Shown here: positions 40,839 to 50,400 of the stretch, piece after piece
How positions within the stretch are numbered: position 1 is the stretch's first letter
How the letters are laid out: each line of letters starts with the position of its first letter
IMG/VR virus record: IMGVR_UViG_3300028591_006041
Location: 17,708 to 81,707 of that record
From: a virus
Lineage: Duplodnaviria > Caudoviricetes
Direction: 5' to 3' (one strand)
DNA: 64,000 bases
Notes under the pieces: generated by a model
Database searches by the model: none
Seen by the model: the letters and a program-made list of their open reading frames with translations, nothing else
Told to the model about the DNA's origin: nothing
Made by a program: the position numbers and the translations under genes

Positions 40839-41371
40839 AAAATATTGTACAATATATAACTGAAGCAATTAAAGATGTTGATCAGCAAATAATTGAAATA
40901 CTTAATTTTTATGCCAAAAATATGTCTGGTGTTCAACAAGAACTATATAAGCAAAAAATAAAAGATGCTGATTCTGTTGATATAGTTCCATTATCAGAAG
41001 TATTTTCTGAAGAAGAAATTGAAGATATTGAACGTATAGTCAGACCTCAACCAAAATGTTGTTATGAGAATGCATGGAAATTATGTGATAGGTTATCTTA
41101 TGGAAAACATGACATAAAATATTGCGAAGGATATCTTAATATGAGAGGACTTCCTATAGATCATGCATTCAATAAAGTTGATGGAAAATATGTAGATATT
41201 ACTATTGAATTAGCTTTAAATAAAGACATATCAAAAGAAGAAGATACTTATGTGATTATTGGAGAATATGATGACAATCAAGTTAGAGAAATATTGCTTC
41301 AAAATGGATTCTATGGAGATATCTATAATACAATATTTTTGAATAAATATAAAGAAAACGTTAAGAAATGA
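40835..41371 (+). CDS. Short-leader protein with transglutaminase/papain-like Cys-His-Asp triad
   Basis: MKNIVQYITE; CCYENA, EGY..PIDHAFN, YVDIT. Confidence 0.6.
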   Translation: MKNIVQYITEAIKDVDQQIIEILNFYAKNMSGVQQELYKQKIKDADSVDIVPLSEVFSEEEIEDIERIVRPQPKCCYENAWKLCDRLSYGKHDIKYCEGYLNMRGLPIDHAFNKVDGKYVDITIELALNKDISKEEDTYVIIGEYDDNQVREILLQNGFYGDIYNTIFLNKYKENVKK

Positions 41372-41880
41372 GAAACTTAAATCAATTTATTACAGAACGA
41401 CTTAAACTTACTAAAGATACAAAAGTATTTAATGATTATGAAGGTTTAGCTGAGAAAATGGTAAATTATGTTTGGCCAATAACTTATGAAAATGATCAAG
41501 ATGATATGAAAGAACATAAAAAATATGTTGAAGAAATAACAGAAATATTTAAGAAAAATGCAATTGTTGAAATTTCTAAACCAATGTACGGAGGTATGGA
41601 CGGTTTAAAGGATTCACTATATGGATTAAATATTGATAAAGATATAGCTAAACAATATGGATTTAAAATGTCAGATTATAAAGAAGCACCAATTCCAGAT
41701 ATTCAACATAATACAAAAATTAATTTAGATGATTTAGAAGATGAAGATAATGATAATTATATATTAATGAATGATTCAAATTTATGCTATACAATTTATG
41801 GTGATTTTTCAGGAAAAAAGAATTTAATCATATTTTATAATTCTAGTGCAGATTATGCATTTATATTTTACGTAAAATAA
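41368..41880 (+). CDS. Leader-family protein
   Basis: MRNLNQFITERLKLTKDTKV. Confidence 0.7.
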   Translation: MRNLNQFITERLKLTKDTKVFNDYEGLAEKMVNYVWPITYENDQDDMKEHKKYVEEITEIFKKNAIVEISKPMYGGMDGLKDSLYGLNIDKDIAKQYGFKMSDYKEAPIPDIQHNTKINLDDLEDEDNDNYILMNDSNLCYTIYGDFSGKKNLIIFYNSSADYAFIFYVK

Positions 41881-41892
41881 GTTTTATTAAAA

Positions 41893-42438
41893 ATGAGAAA
41901 TTTAAATAATTTTATATTAGAACGTCTTAAGTTAAATAAAGATACTAAAATTGATGACAGTAAATACTGTATATCATTAGATAATTTCATTAAGAAATAT
42001 GATTTAGAATATAATGGAGAAACTATACATAATGGAATGACAGAATATAAAGTTCCGAGAGAAAAACCATTATGGAAAATTGTTAAGAAAAATAATTCTT
42101 GGGAATATTGGACAGAATCTATAAATCATATTGAATCAGAATTCAATATTGATAAAGATAAATGGAGGATCAATATGAGTACTCCTGATGAAAGACGTGT
42201 AAGTTTCTTTATACAAAAATATATTTTTAGTAATGATCCGTGGACAACTATATCATTTGTAAGATTTGTTGATAAAGACTTAATAAAAATGGCAAATGAT
42301 CCAGATTGTTATTTAGAATATTTTGTAGAAAATAATCATTATATTTTAAATGCATGTAAAATATCTAAAGATGAATTTCAATGGATAGAAAGAGTATTAT
42401 TTACATGGATAGATTGGTTTATAGAAAAATGTAAATGA
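41893..42438 (+). CDS. Leader-family protein
   Basis: MRNLNNFILERLKLNKDTKI. Confidence 0.7.
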   Translation: MRNLNNFILERLKLNKDTKIDDSKYCISLDNFIKKYDLEYNGETIHNGMTEYKVPREKPLWKIVKKNNSWEYWTESINHIESEFNIDKDKWRINMSTPDERRVSFFIQKYIFSNDPWTTISFVRFVDKDLIKMANDPDCYLEYFVENNHYILNACKISKDEFQWIERVLFTWIDWFIEKCK

Positions 42439-42467
42439 ATTTATATACAATAAAATTTATTTTAATT

Positions 42468-43076
42468 ATGAAAAATTTAAATCAATTCATTATAGAACGA
42501 CTTAAACTAAATAATAACAGTAAAGCAGATATTTATAATTTTTTTCCTAAATCTGCAATTGAATTAAATAATTTAGTAGAAAAATTATTGAATGAAAGAG
42601 GACCTGATGCAGATTTAAATGATATAAATGTATCTAATGTTCCTGATTTTAATTATTCTCCTGAAGATAAAATAAAATATGATTTAGAACTTGATTTTGG
42701 AATATTCTCTAATTTAGATCCTCACAACATTAAAATAGATAAATGGGATGTGCGTCATATTACAGATATGTCAAATATGTTTTTTAATTGTTATAATTTA
42801 GATTGTAATTTAAATAATTGGAAAACAACTAATCTTGAAAATATATCTTATATGTTTTATGAATGTAAAAGATTTGATTCTAATTTAAGTAATTGGGATG
42901 TTAGAAATGTTTTATATTGGGCAAATGCATTTGAAGGATGTATAAATTTTAAGGGTAAAGGATTAAATCAATGGAATCCAGAAAAATTAAAATATGGATA
43001 TCATTGGGATATGTTTAAACAATGTAAAAAAATAAGAAAAAAACCACAATGGTATATTGATAAAATAATAAATTAA
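42468..43076 (+). CDS. Leader-family protein with DUF285-like repeats (start revised from 42435)
   Basis: MKNLNQFIIERLKLNNNSKA; LNDINVSNV, KWDVRHITDMSNMF, NLSNWDV. Confidence 0.75.
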   Translation: MKNLNQFIIERLKLNNNSKADIYNFFPKSAIELNNLVEKLLNERGPDADLNDINVSNVPDFNYSPEDKIKYDLELDFGIFSNLDPHNIKIDKWDVRHITDMSNMFFNCYNLDCNLNNWKTTNLENISYMFYECKRFDSNLSNWDVRNVLYWANAFEGCINFKGKGLNQWNPEKLKYGYHWDMFKQCKKIRKKPQWYIDKIIN

Positions 43077-43099
43077 GGAGGCATTTAACCTCCTTAATT
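43071..43099. terminator. Bidirectional terminator
   Basis: aattaaggagg...cctccttaatt. Confidence 0.7.
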
Positions 43100-43494
43100 T
43101 ATGGGTTCATAATTGGTTCTAAATGAAATTCATAATTTTTCTTAATAAGATTGTTGATATATTGTCCTTTGTTTTCTGCATGCATCAAATAATCAAATAC
43201 ATGTACAGGTACATCATGATAAAAATACCCAAAATTCTGTTCTCTCATACCAATATCATATCCATCAGGAGTTTTTTTCATTTCTTTATATTGTATGAAA
43301 AGCTGATTTGTTTCACTAATATATCCAATCCATGCAACATTTGAATTCTCTTCAACTTTATGCATTCCAAACATATATTCATTTGGTTTAGCTGCAACTC
43401 CTTCAATTACTTTAATGTTCTCATAATTATAATCTACGATATTCTTCTTATCTTTATTTTTCTTCATATCTTTACTTTTAAATATTATTGTCAT
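43099..43494 (-). CDS. KTSC domain protein
   Basis: SNVAWIGY..QLFIQY..YFYHDVP..F..LM.AENKGQYIN..IK. Confidence 0.8.
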   Translation of the reverse strand: MTIIFKSKDMKKNKDKKNIVDYNYENIKVIEGVAAKPNEYMFGMHKVEENSNVAWIGYISETNQLFIQYKEMKKTPDGYDIGMREQNFGYFYHDVPVHVFDYLMHAENKGQYINNLIKKNYEFHLEPIMNP

Positions 43495-43498
43495 ATTA

Positions 43499-43912
43499 TT
43501 ATAAATTATGTTCAGTATAATACATTACTCGTACTCTATATTTGATAACTTCAGCATAATCTAAAGTTCTTAAGAATTCATTTACCTGTTTTCTGTTTAG
43601 AAATCTTGGATGACTACTCATTATATCATATAATTCAATAACCTTTTTATCATAGGTAATAGGCCATTTTTGTTGAGATCTCTTATAAGCATTAATTAAT
43701 CTATCAGTATTGTAATTGTTGTCCAAAATTTGTTTATATTGTTTATGAGAAATATGCCAACCACAACAAGCAGGACAATAATATGATCTTAATTCATCTC
43801 CATTTTCTATATCATCCTTATTGAATTTAATGAAATTGTTTGCCTTAGATTCTGATTCAAAAAACATCTTTAGTCGACTACAATCTGGGCACATTACTCT
43901 ATTTTTTGGCTT
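43499..43912 (-). CDS. Zn-motif hypothetical protein (start probably MKPKNRVMC; coordinate approximate)
   Basis: CPDC..SYYCPACCGWHIS. Confidence 0.55.
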   Translation of the reverse strand, partial: KPKNRVMCPDCSRLKMFFESESKANNFIKFNKDDIENGDELRSYYCPACCGWHISHKQYKQILDNNYNTDRLINAYKRSQQKWPITYDKKVIELYDIMSSHPRFLNRKQVNEFLRTLDYAEVIKYRVRVMYYTEHNL

Positions 43913-44081
43913 CATAATAATTATAACTTTTATTATAGTTTTCCATGCAATAAAGCTGTGCAAAAGCCATTACTAATTGATCCATTGTTTTGTTTTTTCC
44001 TTGTCCAGACAAAAAATATCCACATGCATCCAATTCACGAATGACCATGTCCTCAAATAATTGATTGTCTTTCTCATCCAT
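43899..44081 (-). CDS. Hypothetical protein
   Basis: 60-aa ORF in operon. Confidence 0.5.
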   Translation of the reverse strand: MDEKDNQLFEDMVIRELDACGYFLSGQGKNKTMDQLVMAFAQLYCMENYNKSYNYYEAKK

Positions 44082-44367
44082 AATTAATAATATCTTTATA
44101 AGAAATTCTATAATACTGTGTGCATTTTACCGTTTTTCTAATTTTTTCTTTAGAAAAATATGTCATATCTTTCATATGATTAATAACATAATTAAATGGT
44201 AAAACTTTGGTAACATGTTCTTTAGTCAAGGGATTAATCCAATCAAATAAGAAATCTTTTTCTTTATAAATACAACTTACAGGAAAAGTAAAATAACCTG
44301 TATTTTCATTTTCAAATGTTGGATTACTAATTAGATGATAATTAGTTGAATTTCTTTTTCTGCACAT
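44074..44367 (-). CDS. Hypothetical protein
   Basis: 97-aa ORF after a class A promoter. Confidence 0.55.
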   Translation of the reverse strand: MCRKRNSTNYHLISNPTFENENTGYFTFPVSCIYKEKDFLFDWINPLTKEHVTKVLPFNYVINHMKDMTYFSKEKIRKTVKCTQYYRISYKDIINYG

Positions 44368-44392
44368 TTTTATAATTTTTGGTTACATATAT

Positions 44393-44420
44393 AATATAGT
44401 TATTAGTTTTAAAAGTTCAA
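44393..44420 (-). promoter_or_regulatory. Class A promoter
   Basis: TTGAAC-N16-TATATT. Confidence 0.65.
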
Positions 44421-44473
44421 TATAATATGATTATTATTTTTAATAAAAGATTTAAATATTCTATTTATACTAA

Positions 44474-47400
44474 ATGGCAAAGAAAACAATTAGTGGAGCA
44501 TTAGGTAATCTTGGAAAAACAATGGCAAATATGTTTGGACCTAAAACTCCATCTGGACCAGAAGACAATACGGAAGAGATAAAAGAATTCTTAGAATCAA
44601 TAAAAATGAATATGTCTATGAGTTATGCTAGTTTCTTTTTAGGAAATTCTGCGAAAGGACTTAAAGACACATCTTTTTTAGGTGCAACAAAATCAAATAA
44701 AAATTCTATTCTCGGTGAAAATAAGTCAATATATAGTTTATTAGAAGATATTAAAAAACAATTAGATAAGAATACTAAAGAATCTCCAATTGTTTCAATG
44801 TCAGAAAATATAAAGAAACTTCAAACATCATTCAAAAAATATCCTGATGATATAGAAGAAATATTAGAATCTTCTTTGAAGACTCTAAATAAAGAAGATA
44901 GTGAAAATAAAGAAGAAGGTGAATTAAGTAATGAAGTAAGACTAATCATATCAGGATTAGATGGTAAAGGAATAAATGGATTAATTGAATTAGCTAAAAT
45001 GGATTCTGATAAAGTATCTCAAGGATTGAAGAATTTATTAGAAGTCATAAAACCATTTAATGAATTGAAGTTAGATGAAAAAATCATACAAAACCATGTT
45101 TCTTTAATAGAAACAATAATGAATAAAGTAAATACTGTAAAAGTTCCAGATAGTGAAAAACAAGTTGATGTCATAGAATCTATACAAGCAATTTTAGGAA
45201 TATTAGGTTCTTTGGAAACAATTGGTAAAATGGAAGACAATTCAGATAAAGCCAAAACAATTATTGTAAACTATCTTAAAGCTTTACAGGAATCTTATGC
45301 TGAAGTAGAAAAATCATTCAACCAAATTATAGCTATATCTACTTTGGTAGATCAATCTAAAAGTGCTTCAGCTAAAATAAAAGAAGGATTAGATGCTTGT
45401 AATCAAACTGCAATAGAAACAGCAAATAATGAATCAACATTGAAAGCTAGTAATAGGTCAATGGGTGAATTGACAGGATTCATGATAGCTGCCGCAGCTG
45501 TAATGATGATTGGTGCATTATTCATGGAATTGAGTAATGGAAAAATGTTCATTAATGCACTTAAATTTGGTGCTGCATTAATGGCATTTGAAGCTTTAGT
45601 GTTAGCTCCTATATTGATTTTCTCTAAAATGAAAGGAGAAGTCGCTAAAGGCTTAGAAGACTTTTCAGATTTTGTTATAGTATGTGCTGGAGTAATGATG
45701 GTTGGTGCATTATTTATGCACCTAAGTGGTGGAAAAATGTTTATGAATGCACTTAAGTTTGGATTAGTTCTTGGTTTATTTGAAGCTTTAGTGTTAGCTC
45801 CTATATTGATTTTCTCCAGAATGAAAGGAGAAGTTGTACAAGGTCTTAAAGATTTTTCAGGATTCATTATCGTTTGTACGGCAGTTATGCTTATAGGAGC
45901 ATTATTTATGGGTTTGGCTGGAGGTAAATTAGTCATAAATGCGTTAGCTTTTGGATTGACTCTTGGATTATTTGAAGCATTGGTATTAGCTCCTATATTA
46001 GCATTCAACAAAATGGAAGGAGAAGTTGTACAAGGACTTAAAGATTTTTCAGGATTTTTAATAACTTGCACAATAGTTATGCTTATAGGAGCATTATTTA
46101 TTGAACTTGGTGGTGGAAAGTTTGTATTGAATGCTTTGGCATTTGGATTTGTTTTAGGAATGTTTGAAGCTATGGTAATTGCACCATTTTTATTATTCAA
46201 TTTAATAGATAGACAAGTATTTCAAGGATTAAAAGCATTTAGCGGAACATTGATAACATGTACAGTAGTTCTATTAATTGGTGCTTTATTTATGCAATTA
46301 GGTGGTGGAAAATTTGTAAAAGCAGCAATGGAGTTTACAGTATTGTTAATGGCTTTTGAAGCTGCAGTAATAGCACCAATATTGCTATTTAATTTGGCTA
46401 AACCTGTCATATTTAGTGGTTTGAAAGATTTTTCAACATTCTTAATTACTGTTACTGCATGTTTGTTGATTGGTGCATTATTTATGACACTGAAAAATGG
46501 AACAATACCTAAATATGCTATGGAATTTACTGGAGTTTTTGCTTCATTTATTGCGGCTATTGGTGTAGCAATCATACCTCTTATGAAATGGCTTAAACCT
46601 GCAGTAATGGAAAAGATGCATGAGTTCAATTTATTCTTAGCTATATCAAGTGCATGTTTAGTAATTGGTTCATTATACATATATAAATTTGGAACAATGT
46701 CTGCATTAAAATATGTAGGTGTATTTGAATTATTTATTTTAGGTATGGGTAAAGTTGCTAAGACTATTGTAGAATTATTTGATAAAAAGACATTAGATAG
46801 TCTTAAACCATTCTCAATATTCTTAGGAACTATGCACGCTATACTTATAACAGGTGGATTATTTACTAAAAAATATGGTGCTACAATAGGAGCAAAATAT
46901 GCAACAGTATTTGATTTATTTGTGTGGGGTATGGCTAAAGTATCTAAAAACATAACAGATAATTTTGATAAAACAACGTTGGATAGTTTAATTCCATTTT
47001 CAATATTCTTAGGAACTATGCATACTGTATTAGTTACTGGAGCAATGTTCATGGATAAATACGGAAATACAGCAGTATCAAAATATGGAATAGCTATAAC
47101 CACATTTATTTATGGTATATTACCTGCTATGGCAGCAGTAATTGCAATAACAACTATCGCTAAAATATCTCAAATGAATGCTATTCTTGCTGGAGGTGGT
47201 TCACTTGGATTTACAATTCCTGCTGAAGGTGGTGGAATGACAAGTTTCTTCATATTTGTAGGACTTATGCACGCAGTATTATTAACTGGTTCAATGTTTG
47301 TTCATCAATTTGGAGTAGAACCTATTGCTGAATATGGTATATGTATAGCTGGATTTATTTATACTATGGTTGGTGCTTTAGCTCTTTTTAATGCCATAGA

Positions 47401-50400
47401 TATTAAAGAAAAGAAATTAACAGATTTTATCGTTTTTGTTGGAGCATTACATGCAATAATATTGACTGGAGCATTATTCATAAATCAATTTGGAACAGAA
47501 GATGTAGTAACTTACGGTATTATTTTAACAGTATTTGTTGGTGCAATGTCTGGTATATTTATTTTACTGTCTAAAACTATTAGCAATAAAGTTGAGAAAG
47601 ATGTATTGATTTTTGCGGCAATGGTAGGAATATTCCATGCAATAGTATTGTCTGCAGTATTAGCAGTAAGAGACACATTTGATATTGTGGCAGTTGGAGA
47701 ATACTTAGCAGTTTTAGGATTATTTACAACAGGTATGGTATTCTTATTTAAAGCTTTACAAAAACATATGCAAGATATAACTAAAGGAGCATTAGCAATG
47801 TTAGCTATATCAGGTTCAATGCTTGTATTTAGTGGAGTAATATTCTTAATAACTAAGATATTTGAAAAGAAAAATCCTGATGAAGTTCTTGAATTAGTTG
47901 GTGGTTTAGCATTGATTTCTGGAGCTTTAGGATTGTTTTATGGTATAATAGGTTCTTATGCCGGTCCCGTCGCAATGGGTTCTTTAGTAATGTTGGCAGT
48001 TAGTGCATCATTTGGAATTTATTCACTTATTATCAGTATGATTGTTGATATGTTTAGAAATACAACAATGGAAGAAATTCTTGGATGTACAACTAATCTT
48101 ATATTATCAGCAGGAGAATTATCATTATTCTTTGGTATAGTTGGTATTCCTCCATTTGCATTACTTGTATCTTTAGGTTCAGCAGCAATTGCAGCAATGG
48201 CTTTAGCATTACAACAATATGTAAAAGGATTAGGAGATACAATCAATTTATTAGCGCCTTATGGTGATCCTAAAAATTATGATGATTCAACTGTTCATTA
48301 TGCTATAGAATATTTAAGTAAAGCTAATGAAGAATTGACAGAACTATTTGAAAGTTTTGGATTTTTTGCGATTAAAGTAAAGACTGGAGCAAAAGCAATA
48401 ACTTCAATATCAACTGGAATACAACATATAAATGAAGCCTTTGAATCATTGACAAATGGATATGCATCATGGGGTAATAGTATTGTTGAAGCTATAGTTA
48501 CTACTCATGAAATGATTAGTGATCAATTAGTTCCAATGTATAATGATATATGTAATAATAGCCCACAAATATTAGTTACTTCTTTAGCAACTGTAATGAT
48601 GAGAGGTATAGCTAAAGATATAGATAGTATTGTTGAGTATATTGTACAATCTGTTGATAAAATTAGTAAAACTGGAGACATAACAGATAATATTCAATTA
48701 GTAATAGACAATATATCTAAATATTTTTCAATACCTGATCAAGTATCATTAGGATTTTGGGGAGCAATAGGATTAAAATTAAAACTTATTGCATTGAAAG
48801 AATTGTCTCATGATATAGCACAAATAATTGGTGAAGTTGGAGATGCAGTAGCACATATAGCATCATTAGAAATACCTTGGAAATATGACGAAAAAGGTAG
48901 AGTAGTAAAATACAGACAATTAAGAGAATCAGACTTTGATTTAGCAGGAGAAAATGTAGGAAAGATATTGATGACTATAGCCGATGCTTTAAATAAAGTC
49001 TGGGATGGTGGTGATGGAAAACAAGGTCTTAAAGAAATGTATGGAGTTGATGCTCAAATTGGAGAATTTTTTGGTATAGACTCACCTCTTACTTCAGTAA
49101 TGAATTTTGGTATGGATGTTTCTAAAGTATTAAGTGGTGTTGGTGAGTCTGTTGGTATGATAGCTAAAATGCAAATTCCAACCAAATGGGATGAGCATGG
49201 AAAACCAATCGCATTCAGACAACTTAAAGAAAAAGACTTTACTATGGCTGGTGAAGGTGTAGGTTTTATCCTCACTCATATGGCAACAGTATTAGGAGAT
49301 ATATATAAAAATGGTTGGGTTGATGAAAGTGGAAATATTGGAAATACTTCAGGAAAATACAATATATTTGATAGAACTTCTGGAGGATTTCTTAGAATGG
49401 ATGAAGACCCAAGTCCTATTGAAAAGGTTTTAGGAGCATCATTTCAAATAAGTGAGATATTAGCAAATATTGGTGAAGGTGTAGGTAAAATTGCTAAATT
49501 ACAAATTCCTACAGCTTGGGACACTAAAACAGGAAAAGTGACAAATTATAGAACCTTGAAAGATCAAGATTTTAGAGACATGGGAATTGGTGTTTCAACA
49601 ATATTGACATCAATATTCAATGCATTAATAAATGATGTATATAAAGGAAATGAAGAATTATTTAAAGAAATAAGTGGAGGACTATTTTCTAGTGACAAAC
49701 CATCTCCAATGATGACAGTATTAGAAGCTTCTGCTAAAGTTAGTGAAATCATATCTAATACAGCAAAAGGAATATCTCAAATGGCAAAAATGCAAATTCC
49801 TGATAAATGGGATGAAAAGGGAAAACCAATACATTACAAAGAACTTACCAAAGAAGATTTTACTAAAGCAGGTGAATCTATTGGAAGTATAGTAAAATGT
49901 GTAGTAGATAAGTTAATAACATTTGCAGATGATCCAGTATTTAAAGATGATACATTCAAACATGTTATGGATTCAGTAATGCCAATATCTGAACTTATTT
50001 CAAATATGGCAGAAGGAGTATTGAAATTAGCTTCAGGACAAATACCATCTAAATGGAATGATCAAGGAAAACCAATAGAATTCAAAAAAATAGAACCTGC
50101 TGATTATGCAGCTGCAGGAGTAACTGTTGGTGTCATAACTACTTCAATAGCACAAACATTACTTGATTTAGTAAAAAATGATCAATATAAAGATTATTTC
50201 TTTGATGAAAATGGTAAACCTTCAGAAAAAATGCAAGTTGTAGTTGAATCATTTAGTGGAATTTCCGGATTAGTTACTGATATGGCTGATGCAGTAGTAA
50301 AACTTGGACAAGGATTAGTTGCGGATCAATGGAAAGATGGTAAACCTACACATTATAAACCTATTGATTTCATTAAGATAATTCCATCAATGCAACAAAT

